A stretch of 57,571 nt of DNA from an uncultured Bacilli bacterium (GCA_910587745.1 CAJUNE010000003.1:1-57571); one strand, 5' to 3'. Positions 10,264 through 21,039 are shown, counted from the first letter of the stretch. Notes: a model not told the origin generated them from the letters alone. Program-made: numbers and translations.

Positions 10264-11085
10264 ATGAAATTATCAGAATTTATTTACAAAATGAATCTTG
10301 TTATGACAGGAACAATTACTGACCCAACAGAATTTTGCTATGAAAAGGAAATAAACAAAGATGTAGACTACACCGAAAGTATAAGTCTTATAGAACTATT
10401 ATCCGAGTTTAATGATGCATATCAAAAATTCAGCATTGATTTTAAAAGTTTGCCTTCACTTGACTTCTTAGGTCAAAAAGTAGAATATTACCATAGTTAT
10501 TCGCAAGATAATGTAGCAATTCTATATTTAATTATAAATAAGCCAAATAGCGAGATTTCAGATAAACCTTGGTGTTATTTAGAAATAGTTAAATATAATG
10601 ACGGAAGCATTAAATGTTTAGTTACTAATGAGATAAAATGGAATAATAAATCAGAAAAAGAAATTCAATTAAGCCAAGATACCGCAGAAGCTTATTTATC
10701 ATTAATAGAAAAACATATTAGTTTTTTAAACTGTTATGAAGAATTAAAAAATAAAGTTATAGTAGGAAATGGCAGCACAGTATTAGTATCAAATATAAAC
10801 GGAGAAATACTAAACTTTCTAAATAGAATTAGACTTTCATTCGGAAACTCGTATTTTAATTCAGAAGATGCCTTTGAAATAAGTTTTCAATTAGAAGAAC
10901 CATTTCAAATAGCTTTACCAGAGTCAAATATAAGTAGTGACAATATAGATCAAAATGAATTAAAAAACAAAGCAAACGCAATTAATCAATTATTAAAAGA
11001 ATTATATATAAATCTATCTTATTTACCACATTTTTTTCAGGATAGAAGCCAAAATATAATTAGAGAAAGAAAAAAGACTGAATAA
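10264..11085 (+). CDS. Hypothetical protein (273 aa), divergent from the LysR gene
   Basis: An ORF with a GAGGAAAAA SD. No motif recognised. Confidence 0.5.
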   Translation: MKLSEFIYKMNLVMTGTITDPTEFCYEKEINKDVDYTESISLIELLSEFNDAYQKFSIDFKSLPSLDFLGQKVEYYHSYSQDNVAILYLIINKPNSEISDKPWCYLEIVKYNDGSIKCLVTNEIKWNNKSEKEIQLSQDTAEAYLSLIEKHISFLNCYEELKNKVIVGNGSTVLVSNINGEILNFLNRIRLSFGNSYFNSEDAFEISFQLEEPFQIALPESNISSDNIDQNELKNKANAINQLLKELYINLSYLPHFFQDRSQNIIRERKKTE

Positions 11086-11088
11086 AAT

Positions 11089-11352
11089 TCAGTCTTTTAA
11101 TTTATACTCTAAAAATCTTTCAAAAGCTCTTAAGCCATAATATGGATTATAATAATTAGAATACTCATTTAAATGAGCCAAAGCTATTTTAGCAGTAATA
11201 ATCAAATTATCATTAGTTACATTAGTTTTAGGATCAACAGTTCCATGTTCTAGCTCGATATTTATTCCATCTAAAAATTCTTCGGGCGTAAAATCATTAA
11301 AATTCACATTTAAAATTCTCGCAGCTTTATAAGCATCTTCCAAATTAAACAA
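11089..11352 (-). CDS. Small conserved hypothetical protein (ELEHG motif, DUF5661-like)
   Basis: INIELEHGT...IALAHLNEYSNYY resembles the DUF5661 pattern. This assignment is from memory only. Confidence 0.4.
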   Translation of the reverse strand: MFNLEDAYKAARILNVNFNDFTPEEFLDGINIELEHGTVDPKTNVTNDNLIITAKIALAHLNEYSNYYNPYYGLRAFERFLEYKLKD

Positions 11353-11420
11353 AATACATCACCAATAAAATTATATTAAAAAGTAGCGAATAAAAGACTA
11401 AAGACAAGTTTATAATATAA

Positions 11421-12362
11421 TTACTCACAAACATCTAAAATAAATAATTCTAAAGCAGTATATTTGTCCACTTTTCCAGTTTTAATACTAAGGTCTATAT
11501 CAGCAATTTTAATTAAAATACTTTCTAGCTCTTTAATTTTAAAAGGAAATATTTTATTCAAATATTTATTTAATTGCCAATCTTGCAGACCTAGTTCTGA
11601 TAATATTTCATATTCTCTTTTCTCTTCGTTTTGTAAAGTTTTAATTTGTAACATTATTCTAAAATCTCTCGCTAATAAAGATAAAATTATTGTGGGCTCA
11701 ACTTTCATAATTTTCAAATCATTTAATAGTTCCAAGCTCTTTTCTAAATCACCTTCAACCACTGCGTCTACAAATAAAAAATTATTAGTATTTATTGATT
11801 TAGCCGCTATATTAACAGCATCTTCATATTTTACATAACCAGGTTCATTATAAAACAACATAATTTTTTCAACTTCATTCATCGTCAAATCAAAATTATT
11901 AAGACTATTTTGAACTAAATACTTAACAGTATCCGTTTCTATTTTAAAACCATTTTTTTTAAAAGTCTCCATAGCTCTATTTTCTATTTCATAATATTTA
12001 AGATTAGGAATATTTATCAAATTAAATTTATCTTTAACTATCTTGGTTATTTTTTTTCTTAAATCAAGTTTAGTACTACAAATAAATATTAAGGTTGTAT
12101 TATCACTAGGATGTTCAAAATAATTAAGCAAAATATCTGTATCACTATCTTTAATTTTATCTGTTCCAAAAAAATTAGCATTTTTTATTACAATATATTT
12201 TTCCTCTTCAAACATTGAAACATAACCTGCTTCAATCAAGACATCTTCTAAAGTACTTTGAGACAAATCAAAAGTTGTAACATTCTTACTTAATCCTACT
12301 ATATCATTAATCTTTTCATTAACAAGTAAATAGCTTTCTCCACTAATTAAATTTATTTTCAT
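11421..12362 (-). CDS. holA: DNA polymerase III delta subunit
   Basis: Size and position directly downstream of comEC match Bacillus comE-holA synteny. The N-terminal delta-like pattern fits, and an AAGGTGG SD precedes the ATG at 12362. Confidence 0.65.
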   Translation of the reverse strand: MKINLISGESYLLVNEKINDIVGLSKNVTTFDLSQSTLEDVLIEAGYVSMFEEEKYIVIKNANFFGTDKIKDSDTDILLNYFEHPSDNTTLIFICSTKLDLRKKITKIVKDKFNLINIPNLKYYEIENRAMETFKKNGFKIETDTVKYLVQNSLNNFDLTMNEVEKIMLFYNEPGYVKYEDAVNIAAKSINTNNFLFVDAVVEGDLEKSLELLNDLKIMKVEPTIILSLLARDFRIMLQIKTLQNEEKREYEILSELGLQDWQLNKYLNKIFPFKIKELESILIKIADIDLSIKTGKVDKYTALELFILDVCE

Positions 12363-12478
12363 ACTAACCACCTTCTTATTGTATCAAATAACCAATACTA
12401 AATCTAGCTTATTTCATCTATTTATTATTTTATTGCAAAAGACATAAAAACAACTATAATTTCCAAAATTCCAAATAA

Positions 12479-14524
12479 TTATGGTTTGTAAAAAGCTAAA
12501 TTATTTAATTTTGCATTAAATTGAAATATTATAGTTCCACTATTTTGAGTATTATAGTATTTAATACGTAATTTTTCTAACGTTTCAATCGTTTCAAATG
12601 ACGGATGATTATATCTATTATTTCTTCCCGCAGAAATAATTGCTAATTTAGGATTAATCTTCTTTAAAAATTCTTCATCACTACTAGTATTTGATCCATG
12701 ATGCCCCACTTTTAAAACATCTATTTTTAAATTATTATATTTTTTAATAATATCACGTTCAATACTTTTAGGAGCATCACCCATTATTAAAAAATTCATT
12801 TTACCAATGATAGTATGCAAAACCAACGAGCTATCATTTTCATCAGAATCAACAGCATTATTTAAATTTTTTATATAAACATTTTCTCCTTTAAAAGCAT
12901 TTTTAATCTGTTTATCACCCATATTTAATAACTTCTTTTCGTCATTATTCAGTTTATTATTGTTTACCATTATTTTATCAACCTTAATTTCTTTAAATAA
13001 ATCTATCGCATATCCAATATGGTCTTTATCCCCATGCGTAGCAATAAATAAATCAATTTTTGATATACCCAAGCTTTTCATAAATTGAGTAAGAGTATCT
13101 GCCAAATTAAACATCGAATTTCTTACTTGCCAAGATTCTTTTTGATACTCCATTTTACCTCCACTATCAATCAAAACTAAATCTTTTCGATGTTCTGACA
13201 CAATAAATGTTGCGTCTCCCTGTCCTACATCTAAGTAATAAACATAATTATTAGAATCTAAATAAACTTTAAATTTAGCTCCTAAAAGTAGTAAGACTAT
13301 TAATAAATAATATCTTCTCTTCTTATGGCTAAAAAAAACAAATATATAGTAAAATATTAAAAAAGCGAGAGAAACTTTACCAATAATTATATTTATTGAT
13401 ATAAAGCTTAATATAGAATTAATACCCTCCAATATAACAAAACCAACTTTTAAAACGCTTTCTAAAAAAGGAAAGATAAAAGTAATTAAACTAAATGGAA
13501 ACAAAAACAAACTAACTATTGGCACAATTAATAAATTATTTAAAATAGTAAGTAAATTAAATTCATAATTAAAATATAAAGTTACAGGCAAACTAAACAT
13601 AAAAGCTATTGCACTAGTTTTAAATAATTTCATTAAATAATTACCAGTTATCTTTTTACTGAAAGTCATTAAACCAAAAGATGTTAAAAAAGAATAAATA
13701 AAACCAACATCTTTTATATAAAAAGGATTTATAATTAATAACAGCAAAAATAAAAAATAAAACAGTTTTATACTTTTAAAACTCCAATTAAATCTTTTAT
13801 TAAAAAATAAAAGTGCATAAAAAGATGTGGCTCGTACAACTGAAGCACTAAAACCCACTAAAAATAAATAAAATATAAAAAAACAAATTATGAAATAAGA
13901 AATACTATTATCTTTTAGATGTAATTTCTTTAAAAAGTTATTTATAACAATCACAAATAACCCAGTATGCATACCTGAAACTGCAAATAAATGTGTAACA
14001 CCATTTTTTTGGAAGTCATTATAAACATCATTATCGATAAACCCATTATCCCCTAAAATAAAAGCATACATATAAGAATTTGTCTCACAAAAACTATTTA
14101 CTCTCGAAATAAAAAAATTTTTAATTCTATAATTTATTGATATTTTATTATTTAAAATGGTTATTTTCTGAGCATTTAAAAGGTAGTATATTTTCTTACT
14201 ATATAAATAATCTTGATAGTTAAAAGTATTTGGAATAGTATTTCTGCTAGGTTTAGATAAAGTTCCATCAATTCGCAAAGTTTGTCCTAGCTTAATGTTT
14301 TTCAAAAATGCTTCTTTATCCTTCAAATTCTTAAAATAATAAGAACATTGTAACTTCTCTTTAGCTTTTATAGTAAAACTAAATTTATCTCCATCAATTT
14401 TATAATCAATTAACTTTCCTAAAAATATATTTTCTTCACTCGTATAAACAGATTTGTAAGATATTACTTCTGTAAAAAATACTACATAAAACACAAGAAA
14501 AATCAAAGAAAAAAGGAAAAACAT
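12479..14524 (-). CDS. comEC: DNA internalization competence protein ComEC/Rec2 (with C-terminal metallo-beta-lactamase domain)
   Basis: A polytopic competence domain is followed by DVGQGDA...ATHGDKDHIG...GHHGS beta-lactamase-fold motifs. An ATG at 14524 follows the comEA stop immediately; the track start at 14557 is a TTG. Confidence 0.85.
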   Translation of the reverse strand: MFFLFSLIFLVFYVVFFTEVISYKSVYTSEENIFLGKLIDYKIDGDKFSFTIKAKEKLQCSYYFKNLKDKEAFLKNIKLGQTLRIDGTLSKPSRNTIPNTFNYQDYLYSKKIYYLLNAQKITILNNKISINYRIKNFFISRVNSFCETNSYMYAFILGDNGFIDNDVYNDFQKNGVTHLFAVSGMHTGLFVIVINNFLKKLHLKDNSISYFIICFFIFYLFLVGFSASVVRATSFYALLFFNKRFNWSFKSIKLFYFLFLLLLIINPFYIKDVGFIYSFLTSFGLMTFSKKITGNYLMKLFKTSAIAFMFSLPVTLYFNYEFNLLTILNNLLIVPIVSLFLFPFSLITFIFPFLESVLKVGFVILEGINSILSFISINIIIGKVSLAFLIFYYIFVFFSHKKRRYYLLIVLLLLGAKFKVYLDSNNYVYYLDVGQGDATFIVSEHRKDLVLIDSGGKMEYQKESWQVRNSMFNLADTLTQFMKSLGISKIDLFIATHGDKDHIGYAIDLFKEIKVDKIMVNNNKLNNDEKKLLNMGDKQIKNAFKGENVYIKNLNNAVDSDENDSSLVLHTIIGKMNFLIMGDAPKSIERDIIKKYNNLKIDVLKVGHHGSNTSSDEEFLKKINPKLAIISAGRNNRYNHPSFETIETLEKLRIKYYNTQNSGTIIFQFNAKLNNLAFYKP

Positions 14525-14525
14525 T

Positions 14526-15266
14526 TTAGATTGTAATAAAATCTTTAATCTTTTCAAAAGCTTTTTCTCCTATTCCTGATACATTCATAATATCTTCAAT
14601 TTTTGTAAATTTTCCGTTATCTTCTCTATATTTTATAATAGCTTGTGCTTTGGATTCGCCTATTCCAACTAAAGTACTAAGTTCACTTACTCCAGCATTA
14701 TTAATATTAATTACTTTTATTTCTGAATTGTCACTATCATTTCTATTATTTGAACCAACTTCGATAATACTATACTTATCATTTACACATTCACAAATAT
14801 TATAATCTGGGGTATTGCAATCATTTTTAATTATAGAATTATTATCGTTATTTTCTAAATATTTGGCCATTTCTGATTTGGTATAAATATATATAACCAT
14901 TTCATCTTTAATCTTTTTGCTTAAATTAATACCATTTTGATAAGCATTTGTTGTATAACCACCAGCTATTTTTACCACATCATTTACAATAGAATCACTA
15001 TTCATTTCATAAACACCAGGTTTTTTAATTGCTCCTTTTATATCGACAAAAACGCTTTTATTCAGAATTTCTTTTTCTTCTTTAACAACTTCGTTAGTTT
15101 GAGTATCACCTAAATTCGTATAAGCAAGATTATCAGAAATAACATTATCTTTATTATCATAATTAATTAAAATAACAAATATTTGCATTCCCAAAGAAAT
15201 CAGCAATAAAGCATAAAGTAAAATTTCCTTACAATATCTTTTAAAATAATATAAAATACTTTGCAT
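14526..15266 (-). CDS. comEA: ComEA-family DNA receptor (SLBB plus helix-hairpin-helix)
   Basis: INNAGVSELSTLVGIGESKAQAIIKYRE...SGIGEKAFEKIK is the HhH signature. An N-terminal TM segment is present. AAAGGAGGTG SD precedes the ATG at 15266. Confidence 0.85.
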   Translation of the reverse strand: MQSILYYFKRYCKEILLYALLLISLGMQIFVILINYDNKDNVISDNLAYTNLGDTQTNEVVKEEKEILNKSVFVDIKGAIKKPGVYEMNSDSIVNDVVKIAGGYTTNAYQNGINLSKKIKDEMVIYIYTKSEMAKYLENNDNNSIIKNDCNTPDYNICECVNDKYSIIEVGSNNRNDSDNSEIKVININNAGVSELSTLVGIGESKAQAIIKYREDNGKFTKIEDIMNVSGIGEKAFEKIKDFITI

Positions 15267-15320
15267 CAAAACACCTCCTTTCCGCAAACATTATATCAAA
15301 AGATAAAATAAAATAAAAAA

Positions 15321-15340
15321 ACAGATTAATTAAAATCTGT
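15321..15340 (-). terminator. Intrinsic terminator downstream of the 15459 gene
   Basis: ACAGATT-aattaa-AATCTGT hairpin, followed on the minus strand by TTTTTTTATTTT. Confidence 0.55.
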
Positions 15341-15458
15341 ATTATAAATATACAAAATCTGTTTAGCAGAAATATCAAAATCTATAAAAAAATTAACCTA
15401 AATCATTAAAATCTGCAAAATAATTATTTTTAAATAATTAACGTAAACTTTACACAAA

Positions 15459-15860
15459 TCATTTAGCTTTTCTCTTATGAAACAAAAAAGCAAATAGAAA
15501 TAATATTAAGAGAAAACATGAGCAAGCAATTCCAGGACCAGCATATTCTGAAATCTCTTTTTTTGAATCAACCTCTAATAGAGTTCCATTAACAATCGAT
15601 TTATTAACTTCTTCAGTTTTACTTATATATACGTTAAAATAATAATCTATTGTTTTTTTTCCATCTGTTACACTAATTATAACAATACTTCCATCTGCTA
15701 AATTATAATTACCTTCAATAGTTACATTTGTATCACTTTTTAATTTATATTCTATATCTAATTTATTTTCATTCTCATTTAAAAAAACTGTATATTTAGA
15801 ATTTAAAGGATCAAAATTTATTGATAATTCTCCATTTAAAATTTTTAATTCTTCAAGCAT
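15459..15860 (-). CDS. Cadherin-like beta-sandwich domain protein with C-terminal membrane anchor
   Basis: LKILNGELSINFDPLNSKYTVFLNENENKLDIEYK resembles the cadherin-like beta-sandwich repeat. The C-terminus is hydrophobic and ends in the basic tail HKRKAK. Confidence 0.45.
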   Translation of the reverse strand: MLEELKILNGELSINFDPLNSKYTVFLNENENKLDIEYKLKSDTNVTIEGNYNLADGSIVIISVTDGKKTIDYYFNVYISKTEEVNKSIVNGTLLEVDSKKEISEYAGPGIACSCFLLILFLFAFLFHKRKAK

Positions 15861-15903
15861 TACTACCACCATTATTATTTTAAACAAAAAAGTTAATCAT
15901 ATA

Positions 15904-16995
15904 CTAGATTAACTTAATTAAAATCTCATTCATGACATAAAATTTATCATGATTAACAAATACCCTACCATCTTTAAAAATTAATTCTCCACTTTTAATT
16001 AATGGTTTAATTGGAAATATATCTTGCATATTCTCTTTATATTTATCATAAAATTGTGCTAAACTTATTCCATCTAATTTTCTAAAGCCTAAAATAAGTT
16101 CATTTTCCATATTATCTATTTTACTCATTAAAGCCTTAGAACTAACAAAATTACCTTTTAAATATTCTGTTAAACTTTTAGTATTCTCATAACGAACACC
16201 TGCTACAAAACCACTAGCACCACACCCAAAACCATAATATTCATTATTATTCCAATAAGTTAAATTATGTTTTGATTGATATCCATCTTTGGAAAAATTA
16301 GATACCTCATAGTGGATATAACCTGCTTTTTTTAATGTATTACAAATAATCTCATACATTTTCGAATCACGTTCTTCTTCAATTGGCTTAATTTTATTAA
16401 GACCTACTAAAGTATTTTTTTCAATCATTAAACTATAAGTACTAATATGTACTGGCTCTAATTTCAAAAACAATTTCAAATCACTTATTAAATCTTTATT
16501 AGTTTCTCCTGGTATTGCATACATCAAATCTACATTAATGTTTTTAAAACCTATTTTTTTAGCCAAATCTAATTTTTCTTTAGCTTCTTTAAAATCAGCT
16601 TCTCTATTCATAAATTTAAGTTTACTTTCATTAAAAGATTCAATTCCGACACTTAGTCTATTAACTCCTGCTTTATATAAAAATTCAAGTTTCTCTTCTA
16701 TCAAATCATTTAAATTACATTCAAAAGTAAACTCTATATTTTTACTTATTTTAAATTTGCTTATTATTTTAAATAATTCGCATAATTCATCCAAATTTAA
16801 CGAACTCGGAGTCCCTCCACCAATATATAAAGTCTCAATAACCTCTCCCATATAAATATTATCAATTTCTTCTTCTAACTTTTTAAAATAAGGTTTTACC
16901 CAACTACCATTATAAAGAACTTTACAAAAATCGCAATATGAACAAATACTATTACAAAAAGGAATATGAATATAAACAGATTTTATCTTTTCCAT
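15904..16995 (-). CDS. hemW: Radical SAM heme chaperone HemW (HemN-like, oxygen-independent coproporphyrinogen oxidase family)
   Basis: YIHIPFCNSICSYCDF is the CxxxCxxC radical SAM motif. The gene lies downstream of lepA, as in Bacillus. Confidence 0.85.
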   Translation of the reverse strand: MEKIKSVYIHIPFCNSICSYCDFCKVLYNGSWVKPYFKKLEEEIDNIYMGEVIETLYIGGGTPSSLNLDELCELFKIISKFKISKNIEFTFECNLNDLIEEKLEFLYKAGVNRLSVGIESFNESKLKFMNREADFKEAKEKLDLAKKIGFKNINVDLMYAIPGETNKDLISDLKLFLKLEPVHISTYSLMIEKNTLVGLNKIKPIEEERDSKMYEIICNTLKKAGYIHYEVSNFSKDGYQSKHNLTYWNNNEYYGFGCGASGFVAGVRYENTKSLTEYLKGNFVSSKALMSKIDNMENELILGFRKLDGISLAQFYDKYKENMQDIFPIKPLIKSGELIFKDGRVFVNHDKFYVMNEILIKLI

Positions 16996-17453
16996 GAATT
17001 ATCCTCAAGATCATAACCTTTATCTAAAATATCACCTGAATGATACCTGGTCATATAATCTCTAAATTTATTATACAAATCAGGATCTTTAATTGCACAG
17101 AAATTATCATATAAGGTGGACTTAGGAATATAAGATAAATCAGCAAAAGCTTCTAAAGATAAGCCACTTGATATAAAAGCTTTAAGATACATTTCTATTT
17201 GCCAATATTCCAAATTTCTAGTTCTCTTTCCTAGACTTCCACCTTTTTTATGACCCTCAAGTTCTATTTTAGCTTGAGCTAATTTAATTTTTTCAGCTAA
17301 AATTTCATTATAAAAATCACTATCTTTATTTCTAATTTTAGCCAAATATTTTTTTATACTACTAGTAGATTTTTGGAAAAATAAAGCCGCTTCACTTATA
17401 GTGTGTCCATCAGCAATATATTCACCAACCTGCCAAATAAAATTTTTATCCAT
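16983..17453 (-). CDS. SpoIIID-like HTH regulator with a C-terminal extension
   Basis: VGEYIADGHTISEAALFFQKSTSSIKKYL...GGSLGK parallels the SpoIIID HTH plus basic region. The ATG at 17453 is 1 nt after the lepA stop, with a GGTGAGGAA SD. Confidence 0.45.
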   Translation of the reverse strand: MDKNFIWQVGEYIADGHTISEAALFFQKSTSSIKKYLAKIRNKDSDFYNEILAEKIKLAQAKIELEGHKKGGSLGKRTRNLEYWQIEMYLKAFISSGLSLEAFADLSYIPKSTLYDNFCAIKDPDLYNKFRDYMTRYHSGDILDKGYDLEDNSWKR

Positions 17454-17454
17454 A

Positions 17455-19251
17455 TTATTCCTCACCACTTAAAACAGCTAAAAAGGCTTCTTGAGGAACT
17501 TCAACACTACCAACCATTTTCATTCTTTTCTTTCCTTCTTTTTGTTTTTCTAAAAGTTTTCTTTTACGTGATACATCTCCACCATAACATTTTGCAAGAA
17601 CATTTTTTTTCATAGCACTTATAGTTTCTCTAGCAATTACTTTTGAACCAATACTCGCTTGAATAGGAAGTTCAAACATCTGTCTAGGAATTAGTTCTTT
17701 TAATTTTTTAACTATTGTTCTTCCTCTAGGATAAGCAAAATCTTTATGTACTATAACACTTAATGCATCTACTAAACTTCCATTTAGTAAAATATCCATT
17801 TTAACCAAATTAGACTCTCTATAACCACATATTTCATAATCAAAAGAAGCATAACCTTTAGTATAACTTTTAAGTTTATCAAAAAAATCATAAACTATTT
17901 CTGATAGAGGAATTTCATAATGAATATTTACTCTTGTCTCATCTATATATTCCATGGATTTATAAACGCCACGCTTATCTTGGCAAAGCTCCATTATTGG
18001 CCCTATATAATCACTAGGAACAATAATATTCGTATAAATAAAAGGTTCTTCAATATGTGAAATAGTAGTTCTATCTGGCATTTTATTAGGAGAATCAATA
18101 TCTAATATCTCTCCACTATTTAAAGTAACTTTATATATAACACTTGGGCTTGTCGCAATAATACCAATATTAAATTCTCTTTCTATACGAGTCATAATAA
18201 CATCCATATGAAGTAAACCTAAAAAGCCTGTTCTAAAACCAAATCCTAAAGCATCAGAAGTTTCTGCTTCAAAAGACAATGCTGCATCATTAAGTTTTAA
18301 TTTGTTTAAGGCTTCTTTAAGTGTTTCAAATTGATTAGGCTCTATTGGAAACAAACCAGAATAGACCATTGGTTTCATTGGTTGATATCCTTTTATAGGT
18401 TCTTTAGCTGGATTATTACTTAAAGTAATTGTATCACCAACTTGAACTTTAGAAATATCTTTAATACTAGCACATAAATAACCGACTTCTCCAGCGCATA
18501 ATATATCTTTTTTCACTTCTTTAGGTGTACTAACACCAAGTTCCACCACTTCAAAGTCTGAATTTGAAGCCATCATTCTAATACTATCTTTAAGTTTTAT
18601 TTTACCACTTTCTAATTTAATTAAAGCAACAATACCTTTATATGCATCATATCTACTATCAAAAATTAAAGCTCTTGTCACATCAGTATCTGGAATAACG
18701 GGTGCTGGAACTCTTTTAATTATTTCTTCAATAAGTTGAGAAACACCTTCTCCAGTTTTTCCACTACATAAAACTATTTCTTCTTCTTTAAAACCAAACA
18801 CGCGTTTAAGTTCTTCTGTTACTTTAGGCACATTAGCATTAGGCAAATCAATTTTATTTATAACTGGAATAATAGTTAAATCATTATTCATTGCTAAATA
18901 TAAATTCGCAATAGTTTGAGCTTCTATCCCTTGAGCTGCATCTACAACAAGAATAGCGCCATCACAAGCAGCCAAACTTCTTGATACTTCATATGAAAAA
19001 TCGACATGTCCTGGCGTATCTATCAAATTAAGAACATATTCTTCACCATTATACTTAGTATGAAGTTCTACAGCATTAAGTTTTATGGTAATACCTCTTT
19101 CTCTTTCAAGATCCATACTGTCTAAAGTTTGAGCTTTCATTTCTCTTGCCTCAAGAGCATTAGTGCATTCCAAAATACGATCAGCCAGAGTACTCTTACC
19201 ATGATCAATATGCGCTATAATTGAAAAATTTCTTATATTTTTTGCATTCAT
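17455..19251 (-). CDS. lepA: Elongation factor 4 (LepA)
   Basis: [28 protein letters not shown] and NKIDL GTPase motifs, with the LepA C-terminal domain. Confidence 0.95.
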   Translation of the reverse strand: MNAKNIRNFSIIAHIDHGKSTLADRILECTNALEAREMKAQTLDSMDLERERGITIKLNAVELHTKYNGEEYVLNLIDTPGHVDFSYEVSRSLAACDGAILVVDAAQGIEAQTIANLYLAMNNDLTIIPVINKIDLPNANVPKVTEELKRVFGFKEEEIVLCSGKTGEGVSQLIEEIIKRVPAPVIPDTDVTRALIFDSRYDAYKGIVALIKLESGKIKLKDSIRMMASNSDFEVVELGVSTPKEVKKDILCAGEVGYLCASIKDISKVQVGDTITLSNNPAKEPIKGYQPMKPMVYSGLFPIEPNQFETLKEALNKLKLNDAALSFEAETSDALGFGFRTGFLGLLHMDVIMTRIEREFNIGIIATSPSVIYKVTLNSGEILDIDSPNKMPDRTTISHIEEPFIYTNIIVPSDYIGPIMELCQDKRGVYKSMEYIDETRVNIHYEIPLSEIVYDFFDKLKSYTKGYASFDYEICGYRESNLVKMDILLNGSLVDALSVIVHKDFAYPRGRTIVKKLKELIPRQMFELPIQASIGSKVIARETISAMKKNVLAKCYGGDVSRKRKLLEKQKEGKKRMKMVGSVEVPQEAFLAVLSGEE

Positions 19252-19286
19252 AAAAACACCTCTTTTATTATATCGTAAAACAGAAA

Positions 19287-19312
19287 AAGATAAAAGCCCA
19301 AACTTTTATCTT
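19287..19312 (-). terminator. Intrinsic terminator after the 19330 membrane protein gene
   Basis: 10-bp stem AAGATAAAAG/CTTTTATCTT, followed on the minus strand by TTTCTGTTTT. Confidence 0.55.
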
Positions 19313-19329
19313 TAAAAACCAAAACATTC

Positions 19330-20085
19330 TTATTTCTTATATTTATTCTTTAATTTTTCTTTAAAAGCTTTTCTTTTTTCTTTCTCTTGTAATCTATATT
19401 GTTTCATTTTTTCAAAACTATTATGATACTGTTTTTCTAAATCAGGAAATGCTTTTAATAAACGATTAGGAAAACCTTTAATACCTTCCGTTAATTCTTT
19501 TAGTTTTTTATCAAAAATTATTGGAATCTTTGATATTTTTTCATTTTTAAGTTCTTCAACAATAATAATTCTATTACGTAAATTATAAGCAACATAAATA
19601 GAATAAATTGTATCAAGCATTACTAAAACAAATAAAACAATTGCAATTATAGACCAAGTTTTAAAACTAAGTAAGCCAAACAACATTGCAAATAATGGTG
19701 CGACTAAATAAACAACAACTAAAGACATAATACCAAAAGCAAAAGAGTTTCTAAGACATATTCTACCATTTAAATTATAAGGAATGCTACTATAATCCCA
19801 CCATTTGTTATGAAATACTTTTTCCATTAAAAACGATACAAAATATTCCAAGGCACTAGTAATAATTAAACCAAATACAAATACCACTATTGGATCACTA
19901 TAATATCTAAAAAGACAAATTAAAATCAGAATAGCTCCCACTCCATATATAGGAATTATAGGTCCACACAAAAAGCCTCTATTAACTAACCTTTTTGAGC
20001 CTAGAAACACCCAAAAGACTTCCAAAAAATAGCCTACAAACGAAGAAAAGAAAAAAATTAAAAAACCATAAACTAAAATTTCCAT
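19330..20085 (-). CDS. Polytopic membrane protein (DUF1113 / putative ABC-transporter type IV family)
   Basis: GPIIPIYGVGAILI motif and about 6 TM segments, with a Lys-rich C-terminal tail. Confidence 0.5.
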   Translation of the reverse strand: MEILVYGFLIFFFSSFVGYFLEVFWVFLGSKRLVNRGFLCGPIIPIYGVGAILILICLFRYYSDPIVVFVFGLIITSALEYFVSFLMEKVFHNKWWDYSSIPYNLNGRICLRNSFAFGIMSLVVVYLVAPLFAMLFGLLSFKTWSIIAIVLFVLVMLDTIYSIYVAYNLRNRIIIVEELKNEKISKIPIIFDKKLKELTEGIKGFPNRLLKAFPDLEKQYHNSFEKMKQYRLQEKEKRKAFKEKLKNKYKK

Positions 20086-20193
20086 AATATACCTCTATTT
20101 AATTATATCAAAAAGTATCTCAAATAACTACAATTTTAACATATTTAATTTAATGGTATCATATTATTAATTAGAAAGAAGAGGATAAATTTA

Positions 20194-20688
20194 ATGATAA
20201 ACAAACAAAATCTTTGGTTTATAACCCTGTTTTCTCTCATCATGGTATTAAGTATTTATTATTTAACTATGTCTGAGGATACACTATCAACATTAAATGT
20301 AAACAATACAAATAATAATGGCACTGAAGTTGTCATAAGTGAAAATGAGACTTTAGTTGCTTTAAAAGTAGCAGATGAAGAAGCATTAGTATCAAAAATT
20401 GAAGAATTACAAAACGTATTATTAAATAATAGTTCTAGCTTAGAAGAAAAAAATCACGCTTACGACGAATTACAAGAAATAAACAAAAAAGAAAGTACAA
20501 AAGAAACAATAGTAAAGAAAATAAAAGACACTTATAAATTAGATTCATTTGTAAGTATTGAAGAAAATAACATTAAAATAACCATTGCATCTTCTAAGCA
20601 TGATACCAAATTAGCTAATAATATCATTAGAAGTGTCCAAGAACTTTTTAATGAAACCAAATACATAACTGTTAAATTTGGTAGTTAA
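20194..20688 (+). CDS. spoIIIAH: Stage III sporulation protein AH-like
   Basis: The N-terminus KQNLWFITLFSLIMVLSIYYL and the C-terminus IKITIASSKHD...ITVKF parallel B. subtilis SpoIIIAH (KQTVWLLTMLSLVVVLSVYYI ... INITVKSDKHS ... VAVTF). Confidence 0.65.
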   Translation: MINKQNLWFITLFSLIMVLSIYYLTMSEDTLSTLNVNNTNNNGTEVVISENETLVALKVADEEALVSKIEELQNVLLNNSSSLEEKNHAYDELQEINKKESTKETIVKKIKDTYKLDSFVSIEENNIKITIASSKHDTKLANNIIRSVQELFNETKYITVKFGS

Positions 20689-20759
20689 AATTTAACAAAA
20701 ATCATGTGTATCTCATAAAATACATTAGAATGGTATTAAAACAGAAAGGAAAGATACAC

Positions 20760-20966
20760 GTGAAAAGAAGCATTTTAACCAAAAGAGAACATGAAATATT
20801 CACACTTTTAGTTCAAGGCTTATCTACAAAAGAAATATCAAAAAAAATAAAAATAAGTGAAAAAACTGTACGAAATCACATATCAAATACTATGCAAAAA
20901 TTAGAAGTAAAAGGACGTGCTAATGCCGTAGTAGAATTATTAAAGTTAGGTGAAATTTCGTTTTAA
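20760..20966 (+). CDS. gerE: LuxR-type sporulation regulator GerE
   Basis: LTKREHEIFTLLVQGLSTKEISKKIKISEKTVRNHISNTMQKLEVKGRANAVVELLKLGEI is near-collinear with B. subtilis GerE. A GTG at 20760 follows AAAGGAAAG; the track start at 20706 is probably too far upstream. Confidence 0.8.
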   Translation: MKRSILTKREHEIFTLLVQGLSTKEISKKIKISEKTVRNHISNTMQKLEVKGRANAVVELLKLGEISF

Positions 20967-20968
20967 AT

Positions 20969-20991
20969 AAATCTCCAAATGGAGATTTTTT
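20969..20991 (+). terminator. Intrinsic terminator after gerE
   Basis: AAATCTCC-aaat-GGAGATTT followed by a T-run. Confidence 0.7.
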
Positions 20992-21039
20992 AATTCTAAA
21001 ATATTTTTTTAAAACATATTAATTTATTAAGGTGATATT

